Shown one piece after another: positions 1 to 12,600 of a stretch of 64,000 nucleotides of DNA. Both the position numbers and the translations under genes were made by a program. The notes under the pieces were generated by a model, which ran no database searches, had not been told where the DNA came from, and worked only from the letters and a program-made list of their open reading frames with translations. Origin of the DNA: Thalia democratica (taxonomy: Eukaryota). Every line of letters starts with the position of its first letter. The first letter of the stretch is position 1. The stretch is taken from contig OZ241833.1 in assembly GCA_965202585.1 (NCBI GenBank), positions 31,434,001 to 31,498,000 on the forward strand, in the 5' to 3' direction.

Positions 1-569
1 GCTCTTGCGCTCGCTACACACACACTTTGTTTGAAGTGCTTTGAAAGCGCAACAAGTTTTTTTAGATACTTTTGTTGTGTTTTTGTTGAGATTTTTAAAA
101 AATATGTTTATATTTTGTTTAAATTCAGAGCCAAGTAACGATAGCTAAAAATTTAAGAATACTTTTAAGATAACCATTAAATTTGTTTTATTTATAAAAA
201 AGTTTAAGTCAGGCTGGATATAAGTTTGTATAGTATTAAAAAAATTAGCATCTAACGTATAAAAAATCTAGCTGAAGTTTGTTAACCTATGCAGTTTTTA
301 TTTTGTTCCTAAATGAAAAATAATATAAAATTTTGTATTAGAACTTTCGAAACTTATAATAGTTTTCTCTCTTAAGTCAAATGATTTTTCTTATTTATGC
401 TCGTAGTGAATTGAAAGAAACAAAGTTAGAATATTTTCATTCAAAATAAAAGTTTAAAAGCTTTTTTTAAAACAGGAAGCAATACATTTAGCGCAAGAAT
501 TATAAGATTTATCATGGGTTCTGTGAAGTAAAATGTTTTTTTTTGAAATAAAAATCAAGCTGTACTCAC

Positions 570-676
570 CTTTCCTCCATTCTTCTTTCCACTCCTCCCA
601 AGTAAAGCTTGCTCTCTCCCCAGCTGTTCAGTCCCCTGCCCCCCGATTGTGACGTAATCTTCCTCCCCTCGTCAAC
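570..676 (-). CDS. AGRN: Agrin exon 32: laminin-G 1, part 3
   Basis: VDEGRKITSQSGGRGLNSWGESKLYLGGVERRMEE (LYLGG motif); AG|GTGAGT, phase 0-2. Confidence 0.9.
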
Positions 677-3600
677 CTGTGTGACGTCATTAAAAAGTTT
701 GAAAAAACAAATTAGCGGTTCATATACGATTTGTTTTGACGTGATAAAGTTTTTTACACCTGTATGTTTTGTTTAACAGCATTTAAATGTATTAATTTAG
801 TTTTTGGTTTTGGTAGTTTTATTTTAATAACAATAACTTTTGTGTATACAACATGTGCATTGTGCATATTATATCACTTACGACTGGTGACAAAATAATT
901 AAAATATCGCTTGTTTTTTATTAAGATGTTAAATTTTACTTGAAAATACTATGGTAAACTAAACATTTGAAAACTTCGATTTGATCAAGAGTGAAAGTTA
1001 AACATATGGAAACATATGAAAATTCAGCATGTACTAGTAAAACAAATTGTGCTTAACTTGACTATCCTTTTTATTTTCAGCTAATCATACCTTCAACATA
1101 AAGTCGTTCCTGTTGACGCTGGATGTAACGACGTGCCAGTTTCCGTCCGATACCTCCACATCGCTGAACAGAGGAACAGGCTTGTCGACAATGTACCTGT
1201 GACGTAACAGAAGTTTTTCGTGACGTAACTATGCAGACGTGAGTTTTTAGTTTGATGTTGAAATATCAAGAAGTTTTTAAATGTTTGAGTCTTGATCTTT
1301 TGACAACTTGGTTGTCATAATTGTTTTGAAAAGGTCGCATTAACAGTCATGAATTAAAATTGTATATAATCCGGTTTAAAATATAAAACAGACTGACAAA
1401 AAAGTTTTGATGTAAGTTTGAGATGTCGTTAACATTTCATTGTTTTATTGTTTAAGTTTTAAAGAACAAAGTCATAAATAATAGAGTTGTTAGTTTAAAA
1501 TATGTCGTGAAATCTAAAAGAAGAATTTTTTTAAAATAAATGTTTACTCAGTTTACTTCACGGTAAGTTAAAAATTAAAAAAAAAGTCTGATGAATAAAG
1601 GCTTAGAATTTATCTTTTTACGTAAGCATATGTTTAGCTAGAAAAAAAAATACTTTAAAGTATTTAAAAATAAAACAACTGTGAAAATGCTTGATCTCAT
1701 TTTTTAAGCACTCGACTATAGAAAAAGGCAGAAGCCAGCATTAACAGTGATTGATTTTTCAACATATAAACTTTCTTACTTATCTTACATTTTACGTGCC
1801 TGAAAAAAAAAACTGGTTCTATGCTATTAGTTCAAAAAAACTACTGCGCAGTCATGTTAGTCTGAAAACACAACTTTTCAGACAACCCGATCGGCTTTCT
1901 CAAAACTCGATGCATTGTTCGTTAAAAAAAAATCAACTTTGCGGCAAGGCCTTAATCAAAGCTGCAAAATTTCGCACACCAGCAACGGCTAGCCATTATG
2001 ACGTAATGTTTCTTGTTTTTAATAAACGACGCCTTTGTTGCAGTTCAAAACAAAAGTTATGTTGTTTCGCGCTCGAGGATTAATATTAAAGCCATTGTGC
2101 GAGTGGGCTCACAGAAAAGTAATCTGTTTTTGATGAAAACTGCGTGCAGGTCTATATGGTCGAACAAGAGCAGTTTTGTTTAAAACTCAAAGTGTGGAGA
2201 GACAATAAGTCTTTTAAGCTGCGTCTAAATAAGGAACGGTTTTGTCAATGATGGAATGTATTTTGCTTTTTTTTTATAGTAGCTCCATTGAATGATATTT
2301 TTTGTGTTTACTTTGTATAAGGTGGGTTTATTTTCCCATTTTTTCAGTATTTGTGGTGAGAAATTTCTATCCTATTGGATAAAGTTTCAGCGAATTAGTA
2401 TGAATAGAAAAAATGTAAATTGTTTATGTAATAATTATTAGAAAAATAATTAAGAGTAAAGTTTTGCATTTTCTTGTTTATTGACTATTTTTGTTTATCA
2501 AGCTGTCTTTTTGTTTTGTAAGATTTCATTACAATTTTGAACTAAAGTATTTTATTAAATGGGTGTTTTGAGTAAAAATGGTTTATCATCGGTTTTAAAC
2601 TTAATTAAATAAGTAAATACCATTTTCGAAATAAAGATATATTAAATTAAGTTAAAAAATCTTTTTTTTTATATGTATTTGTTTGTTTGTATTTGTTTTT
2701 ATATTTAAACAAAAGTTATAGTGTTAAAGCTTAACAAAATTTAACAAAAATCTAAATTGACACAGAATTTCTAATTTATAATTTCTAATTTGAGACAGAA
2801 CTTTTAATTTAACTTTATTTTTAAAATGTATATACATATAAATCTTTTTACTGAGTACAAACATTTGTTTTAATATATACTTTTTAGATAGTTTTTTCAA
2901 GCCTGTTTTATTTTAAACTTTGCGTTGTCAATAATAGTTTACCTATATTTTGGTATCTACTAAAACAACAAAAAAATAACATTTAATGTTCAAATACAAG
3001 CTTTTTCAATTAATTGATAAGCAAAAAAATACTCAATTAATTAATAAAAATTTTTCAAGAATAAAAATAAAATTGTTATATACACATTTAATGTAAAATA
3101 TAAATTGACTTACTTGAATATAAAAACAAGATTCTTAAGTAAAAAAGTTTGTTTTTATAATTATCATAACTACTTAACTAAGTAAATTTTCTTTTTTTAA
3201 CTCAAAAGTATTTTCATATCAATTTATATGTAATTTAGATTTTACAAGATCATAAATCACAAGCAATATTTTACCTGCAGACAACTTGAAATCTAAAACT
3301 GATTAAACTTGTCTATTTTACATGCATATGAAAAATAAAATTAAGACTTAAAATAATAAAATGTAATTGAAATTTAACAGTTTACCAACAAACAATAAAA
3401 AAATACAATCAATTTTATCTATAGACAGCTTTCTAAAATCTAAAACTGGTTAAAAGTATTTTAGACTACATGCAGACAATAAAAGTTTTAAAACATAAAA
3501 TTAGTATACCAACATACAAAAAAAACAATTTTACCTGTAGACGACTCTTCCCTCCTCCACGGATATCGTTATGGAGGACTCCCCGTCGGTGAGGTGGAAG

Positions 3601-6600
3601 AGAAGGCCGTGGAGGTCGAAAGTCTTGAAGGCGAACTTCACTTTGATCTGTCTCATGTTCGGCACGCCGTCGTACAAGATGTACGAGCTGCCCCCGAACT
3701 GCGGGCTTGTCACCCTGACGGAACCTGCGTTTTCGTTTGATTTTTGTTGCTCGCAGTACGATTTTGTGTGTGAAAAGACAAAAAAATAATGATTTTTTAA
3801 GCGATTTTAATTTAATCGTAAATTTTTTTATGCATTTTAGCGTTTAATATTTTTAAATGCGTTAAAGACATTTGACAAAACTTTAAAGACTTTGTACAAA
3901 AATATTTTTGTAACAAAGGACGTAAAAAAATTTAGTTTATAAAAAAAACTTATATATACCTGTTTTAAATACTGAAATTAACTGAAGTTCGTTTTAAAAA
4001 GAAATCTTGTTATATTTACAATTTCAATTTTATCTTTTAAGTTGCAATCATTGTTCACAAACTTTTAACAGTTAAAAAATTGTGGTAGGTAAGAAATAAT
4101 ACTTATAAACGCAATCTATTAAGAAATAATAGTTAAAAATTAAAAAAAAAAAACTTAAAACAAGTCAAAGTGATCCTTAAATTCTAAAGCTAAAAATGTT
4201 TACAAGTACGAATACTTCAAAAAAGGATCACTTGTACTTTTTATTATAAATAATACTTTGTGTGTTAGTTGAAGTGTGTAACCCTACGAGACAATAAGCA
4301 TGTTATAAAAAATGTTATTCAGAAGTTAATTATAAAAACAACAAATTTAAAAGCATTACAAAAAACGTTTAAAAAATTTTATAATGTATTTTTCTTATTT
4401 CGTAGGAGATATTTCAACTAATAACTAATTAGATGTAATAAAAAAAGCACAAAATTTTAGTTGCAAAAGGTTTTTTTAAACTAATAATAATAAAAATTAA
4501 ATAAAAATCTCACCTTCTTCATAGGGTGGTTCCAGACCTGTAAAAATGAACAGATCTATTTAAATAAGAAATAAATGCATTTTCGTTTGTATATTAATAA
4601 AATTATTCAATATAGAATGAGTTGACTAAAACATGCGGTTAATGTAAAAACAAGCAACCTGCCCTGCATGCGAGTTAGTAGCGACGAAAACGGCTCTTTT
4701 TACAAGTTGGCACCAGAAAGATAATGCAGCAAATGTCCAGGCGCAATAATGTTAAATAAAACTGCACCTTGGTGATGAACTTAGCATTTGGATTTAGTTT
4801 TTTTTATATAAAAAAATTATGTACCTTTTCAGTAGAGTTTTTTAAACCATTTTGAACTGATTCAGTTTGTACTTTAATAAAAACTGTCTGAAATGTTTTA
4901 CTTTTTGTCAAGATTTCAGTTTAGATAAAAGTACATCTATAACTAAAAAAAAATTCTTTTAATCATTTTAGTACTGATAAGTTTTATTAGTTTTTGGTAT
5001 ATTTTAGTTTTTTACAACTACTTTATACAGTTGTTAATTTTGCTAATAGTTCTATAAAATAAAAACTGCTTTGTTTTCTATTGTTTATTAAAAGCAAATT
5101 AAAATAAAAAACACAATGAATGTTTATAATTTTTTTTTTAACCGGCAAATAAAAATTACTTTGGTAGTAAAGAAAAAAAAAGATATTTTCTAGCTAAATT
5201 TTCTACTTAGGATTATTCAAAAAATATTTCATGTTTAATTGATTTAAAACAAAAAGAATTGTAAAAAAATTTGAACTTGAAAACGTTAGTTTAGAAATGA
5301 GGTTTTAACTAAAAATAAAACATGCCATATTCACACCAGAAATAAAAATAAATCATGCAAAACGAACTGAATGAATAAAAAAACTATTTTAATTTAAGCA
5401 TTTTTGTTTAAAGATAGTTAAAGATTTAGTAAAAGTTTCTAATTCAGTAAAAGAAATTTCAAAAACATACTAAAGCTTTGAGTAAATAAACTAAGTTTTT
5501 AAAAGAGTAAAAAGTACTAGACAAAAACTTTTTCAGCAAAAAAATGTGTATTTTAAGACTTCATTATGAAAATTACTATAAACTAATATGTTTTAATTAA
5601 ATAAAAGGTTGAATTTGAGTAAAAATTTCAATGCTACATCATTAATAATTAAAATTTAATTAGTAAATAGTAAGGCAGCCATGACTTATTGAACTTATTA
5701 AGAAATGCTGAGGTTTAAACTTAGAATTTTTTTTTTGGTTGAAATAGTTAAAAACATTTTAATGTTAAGTTAACAACATTTAAAAAAAGTAAAAAGAAAA
5801 ACTTAAAAAAACATATAAAACATTTTATACCGATATTCTTTAATACTAGTAAAAAAATAAAATATCCAAACTTCGTAGAACTTGAAAAGTTGGAAATTAA
5901 TGAAGTAGTTTAGAACTATTTTTAATTTTGCTTTGAAATATCTAAGACAATGAATTTCTTATAAGCAGCTTTAAACCTAAATATGTTATTTTAAATTTTT
6001 ATATTATTACTTGCTTATAGAAAAATTTTAGATTTGGAATGGAGCAAAAACTTGATCGGAATTATAACTTTTTTTTGAACGTTTAAGTTTTTAATGCACT
6101 AAAATCAGAAAAATGTTAAATTTCATGACGACACGAAACAAAAAGTATGACTGCAAGTACAAAAACAAAATTATAAATTAAATTTATAAGTGAAAGATAC
6201 CGTTTGGTCGCAGACTCGCTTCTTTTTCTAAATAAATAAATATATCAATGCTTTAAAAGTTCAAAGTTTGAAAAGTTTAAAAAGTTCGAGAATTTAAAAT
6301 AACTATTTAATTAAATTAAATCAAATTTATTTAAAGATTATCCTGTAAGTTTGTGTTTTATATCTAATAATCTTTTAATTTGTTTTTTAAAAATAAGGAA
6401 AAAGAAAAGTGTCAGTGATGGTAAATGGACAAAAAATAAAAAAGTGATAGAGCAAAATGAGAGAACAAAAACGAGAGAATAAAATTGAGACAATGAAAAT
6501 GAGAGAGCTAGTGAAGTGTGGCGCTACCTGGTGTTCGGAACCGGTACTTTTCCGCGGGCCCGCCCCTCTGCAGGAAGTGGTTGGTCAGGTATTCCCCCAC

Positions 6601-9600
6601 TTCGGAACTGCTCACGTCATCATTCAAACTCAAGGAGAAATCCACTGAAACTTTTCTGCCGCTCGACGGCGCCCTGCTGAACTGGGTGACTCGCACGGAT
6701 CGTATCTTGCCGCTGAGCTCGGCCACTTCGGTGAGCTGGTTGTATATCTGGAAATTTAATTTGTTATGATTTCAGATAATTAAAAAAAATAATAATATTT
6801 TTTTACACAATTTTTACTGATTTCTAAAAGAAAATGTTTGCAATTAAATAAGTGTCTTTGTTTTTTAACCGTCCACACACATTGTTACAGATGAAAACCA
6901 CATTTGATAAGCTTATCTATTTTTTGAACAAAAAGCCAAAATTAGTTTACCTATGTGTATAAAGTAGCTAAAGTTGTTATTAGTTAAATAAGTTTTAGTG
7001 TTTGCAAGTAAAGGTTTTTTGCGTAATTTAGCTATAGATTACATATTTAAAATAAAAGTTGAGTTGAGTTTGTAAATTCTGTTGTAATTACAGTAAAAGA
7101 AGTGTAATTGTAAATTATGTTTTCGCTAAAAACTCAAACCAAAGACTATTTTTAGCTTAAAGTTGTTTGAAAAGGCAAACCAGTTTCATATTTTTCTATT
7201 GTATATTTTTGCATCCATTGCGTGACCTTAGCCTTATCTTTTGAGTTGCAAAAAGTGTTTTTTTAAAGTGTATACAAAAACAAATATCTGTCAAAAGCTA
7301 TGTTTTTGTCACATGCGATGCTAAAAGTATAATTAAAATTTTCCAACGAAAAAAGTACCGGGCAGCTCATAATTAAATTTCGTGTCATTCTAAAATGTCA
7401 AGATGAACTCACCTCATCCTCAAACTTCTTCTTGTATTTTTCGTGCTCCTTGGAGCCTTTTATTTTCAGTTTCGTTTTGTAAGCTTCGTGCTTGTCCAAC
7501 GACATGATCGCGCTTCCGTCGACCCGGTAAATTGCAGCGTCTGGTAAATGTTAGAAAGAATTTCGATAAAAATGAAACTGTCAGTAGAGCTATGACTTAT
7601 ATAGAATGGTATTTTTGAACAAAATCAAAAAATTGTTGCCACGTCTGCATTATAAATTTTTTTTTTCGACTTAAAATGTACAGTTAAACCTTTTCACACC
7701 GTAAATTGTCATATGGTAACACGGTTTTTTAAACAACAGTTAAAACATTTTTAGAAAAGACTTGGCAAAAAATTTATTAAAAAAACTCACTTATTTCTGA
7801 AGGTGGTTTTGAACCCTGTAAATAAAAAATAGATAAATGGTTTTAAAAGCAAGTAGTGTACTAAACGAAGCTCATATTTTTTAGTTTTAAAGTTAAATTT
7901 GTAAAATTCTATTATCTAATAGTACAAACAACTGTGTTACTCTGATAATATAACGTTTGCAATTCATGTCTAAATTTACTTTGCAGTTTAAAGTATTAAG
8001 AGCATATTTAAAGTAATATTTTGTATAAAAAACTTATTAGAAGTTTCTGCAAAGCAACTAATTTATAAGATATAAAAAATCAAATAAAGTTTTTGGAAAC
8101 ATTACAATATATTTTTAAATAAGTTTTATGACGTCATACCGGGTATCCCGAGCCTTCCTCATCATCGTCACCTTCATCGTCATCAGGTGGCATCGAACCG
8201 CTTCCGCTGCCTTCTGTGACGTCATATCGTTTATTTTTAGTAAAATATAATATACACAACTTTTATTAAAGATATTTTACACTACCTGTACTTTTATATA
8301 AGACAGACATTTGCTGTATTTTAAAAAGACACTTGTCTAATATGTGAATGTAAAAAAAACATGAGCTACGAAAAAATGCTAAAAGTTGCAAGCTTATTTT
8401 ATCTTTAAAAAATTCTAAACAGTAAAATGCTTCCAGCTTGATGGAACTGCAAAAGTAGTCTAGTTTTTTAAGAACAGCTTTAAATGACAAAATTTTCATT
8501 GAATTTAATAAAATTAAACCTGACAATTCGTCTTCATCGTCACTTTCAGACGGTGGAATTTCTTCCGAGGGTTCTGTTTATTAATTATAAAATAAATATA
8601 TTATAACTAGTATGAAGTAAAAATGGTAATTTAAAATATTCTTTATGAAATTTTGTGCTAACTTTCATACGTATGAAATGTTTTTGTAATTTTAATACTG
8701 TTTAGTTATGACACTATTGCTGTATTGAAATAAACCAATGTTATAAATTTTTAAGATGCAAAAACTTCACATTTATTCACATTTGTTCACACAAATATGA
8801 TTAGTTTTACGCATAGTATTTATTGTCGTTTGAGTATGCGTGAAGTATATGAACTAAATTTTGTAACATATAAGTATTTCTGTAAATTTAGTTTAAATAT
8901 TTTTCTAACAAAAACTTTGTAGTAAAAACTTAGCCAATAAAACTTTTAACATGACTTGAAATTATATGTATTAAATATTTTAGAATAACAATATAATTTT
9001 TGTGAAACTAAATGTTTACAGATAGTTATAATTACTTAAAATAAAACTTTACAAAGTTCAACAAAACTAGAAAATTTAAGACTGACCCTCGTAGAAACCG
9101 CACTTCCCACGCTTGTAAACGGTTACTACGTCATAATTTCCAATGACGTCACTACACGTCATCGCGTGCATCGCGCATTCGCTGTGGTAGTTGTTCCCGT
9201 CTGAACCGCATACCTTAAAAAGTAACAAAAAATTAGCAAGATTATTTGTATCATTTATATTTCGCCTTGAAAAATTTAAGGCAAAGGTAAGAAGTTTGAA
9301 CATTTGTACCATATTTTAATCATTTCAAGGTAACATTATTTTTTAGCATTTAACCTTTTCGAGCTTCATTACGAAATATATTCTAGACTAATAATAACGT
9401 TCACGTAAAAGCTAGGAAAAAAAAACTTAAAAATATCCAATAAAACTTACCAAGTCTTCCGGTTGGTCGTTGCAATCAGCCAATGTTATGCAAGAACAGA
9501 CGGCTCTCTGGTCAAATTGGTCGCCAACAACTCTGCATTTGTGGTCAGCCCTCTCACAAGTAACTCCCTTGCACAGTCCGTTATCTAAGAAAGTTCAAAA

Positions 9601-12600
9601 ATTGTTGTAACGTTCACACATTAAACTTGTATTAAACGAAATTGCTTCTATATAGTTGGTATTGCTAAAAAACAGATATTTACTTAGGTTCAATGTTTTC
9701 TTTTTACACTTTTTTTTATTTAGTATTAAACTTTTAATCTTTTTATATACAAAAATAAAAGGATGTAGTTGCGTATTAAAGACAAACATTTTTACAACAG
9801 CTAAAGCCTATATAAAAAAATCGTATCACTTTCAAAACAATTTCAACCACACAATGGCACTAAAGAGTTAAACAAACAAACCAATTTCAACAAAAAACGA
9901 GACGTATAAAGTCATTCATAAAATCATTGTGAAATTCAAGCGCTCACTAGAACCTACTAGCGGTGAGAAAACGAGTTGTTGACAAAGTTATGATTACAAA
10001 AATTTAGTTGATATATATGCATATCTAACCCTCAAATATTGTCAAAATATATATATCGAAGGTTTTAGTAAACATTTTTCGCGTAGCAACGAACCATCTT
10101 GTTTGTTGTCTTGGCGACAAAGATCCCGGGATATTTCGCTGCCATCCGGGCACGTGTCGCACTTGTCCCCTTTCACCCCCGGTATGCAGCTGCATTTGCC
10201 GTCAGTCTGGTTGCAATCCTGACGCTTCGATCCATATACGTTACACTCGCATTCTAAATTAAAAACATATTTTATTTTTTAAACAAAAATAAAGGAGAAT
10301 TTTCAATTAAGACACATTTGATTTTAAGTAAACTTGTGCAGTTTTGTAAAATTTCGACAATTTAGTTGATGATAAGAAATCTGACCTTTTTTTTTGTTTC
10401 GAACAAGTTTGTTAAATATAAATATTTTTTTTTTGTTTGCAACCAAGTACCCAGCACTTTCCGACAACTCTTATATAAATTCTACTGCAAGTTTGGTAAC
10501 GAAAAAGGAGAAAAAAATCTGAACAAGGTAACCAATAGCAACTAACTCCTGCACTCCCTGGTAACGTTGTTGCCCACGGACCTGAGGTCCCAGTAACCGG
10601 GGACGCACCTGTCGCACCGGAGCCCGCCCACGAACGGCAGACAGGGACACTGCTTGGTGACCGGGTTGCACTCCTTGTTAGGGACCGTCCCTTTCCAGAA
10701 ACAATCGCAAGCTGAAAAGAATAATTAATTTTAAAAATAAAATTTAAGTGTTCAAACTTTCTTTTAGTGCCAAAATATTTGTTTTTTTATTACTTATGAA
10801 AAGTTACATGTAACTTACCGTTTTTTTTCTGAAGTTGTTTATGAATTTAAGGTACATATAGATAATGAAAAGAAAAATTCAATTTTTTATTTTCCTTAAC
10901 TAACGTTATTGAAAAAAAACTTAATTTTTATTTGTTTGAAAAAATATTTTTTTATTTTCTGTAAAACAACTTTTTTTCTTTTAAATTAGTTAATTCGAGT
11001 CAAAAAAAGTTTTTCGATACCAAATAATGCATTCCATGCTATGATGTTTAAAAAATAATCGAGACAAAAGATTAGTTAATCATAATTAAAACGATTGAAT
11101 TTAAAGTGTGCTAAGATGATTTTGTTAACCTTTTTGAATAAGGATCAGTCAATTGTTTAGTTTTGGCAGAAAAACATAATGTTTACGAAAAAAGTAACAT
11201 TTCATTGATGAAGTGCTGAAAGATTTGATTTACTTTTAAAGTTTACAAATAAATTATAACAATAGTGGTATTTATTAAAACTTTCATCAGAAAAGAATTA
11301 TGCTATTTTTAGCTCCAAAATGAATAGTTATCTAATTATACTGATATTCAGAGTAAGAATAATTTGAAATGGTTGCAACAAAAACGCTTTATTTTAAGAT
11401 GTTTTAAAACTGGCTGAGTTAGTGAATGCTTTTGATCAAACAGAAAAAATGCTTTTCAAGTGTTTTTATATTCCTATAGCATACATATTTTTAGCAAAAA
11501 AGTAAATTTCGTTGCAAACTATTGATTTTTCAGCAATTGATCTCATTGAAAATTTTGTTACTATAGTTAATTTTATTGTTTGTCTTTACCACACTTTTTT
11601 TAAGTATTTTCAAAAAGTTTTTATTAAGGTAAACATTTTATGCATATAAAAACATCATAGGTAAAAAAATTGAATGTATCACACACAGTTTTTATATTAT
11701 TTATTTTTAATAGTTTTTCAAGATAAGTAATTCATTTTAATTAAATTGAAATAAATATACAAAAAGTGAAAACCTTCTTAATTACGTACAAAACTAAATT
11801 TATACTAAAAAGAGATTTAGAAGGTAAATGCGTTCTACTTGACGCAAATAATTTATTTATTTCTTAAAAAGTTTTGACAAAAAAAGCGTGTTTATTTACC
11901 AGATGCATATCGCCAAACTAAAATAACCCCCTTTCAAAATTGCTCTCTTTCACAAAACAATTTCCTATTAAAACGAAACATTTTACTTTTTATTGAGAGC
12001 GTTTCGACGAAAACTCGATATCCTGAGTGCACTTATGAATTTCACAGTTTATTTAAAATTGTTCTCTAAATAAAAGTTTGTTTAACACGAGTGCCTTGAG
12101 GATGCTATTTATACGGCGGAACTCAACTTAGCGGAACTTGGGTAATTTTAAGCAGCAAAAACATCAGATTGATTTGATTTCAATTTTTTCTTGGCAATTA
12201 CCGACCACGCTTAAATTTGAAAGCTTTTGAAGTTATGGTAAATTCGATAGTCTGATATTTTTGAAGCGCATTATTGATTTATATGTGGAGCTTAATTATC
12301 GGAAGTAATTTAAGTTTAAGTAGTAAATTAAATTTAAGTTTATTATTTTAATTCCAGTGTTTAAAATAAATTACTTACCGAGATTTAAAGTTTTATAAAC
12401 TACTTCAGTCATTTCTGAACTCTTTTTATCTATAACTTGATAGCAAATAATATTTGATTTTGACTAATTAGACAGGAAATAAAAAGCTAATAACAATTTT
12501 GATAGTAAACAAATATAGTCAATTTAAAAATCTAAATTAATCGGACGCTATAATAAATCTGAGATCGTTGTTACGTCACAACTTGATTGATACTCACTTA

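Noticed and set aside
454-520. Possible next agrin exon after a 49-nt intron
   Set aside because: The translation is not LamG-like and hits a stop; the true next exon is probably outside the window
10819-10828. 10-nt segment cttcag|AAAAAAAACG|GTAAGT
   Set aside because: It would frameshift, has a weak pyrimidine tract and is mostly homopolymer; worth revisiting only if the A-run length is a sequencing error
12379-12414. 36-nt in-frame segment ending in CG|GTAAGT
   Set aside because: The acceptor lacks a pyrimidine tract and the composition is intron-like
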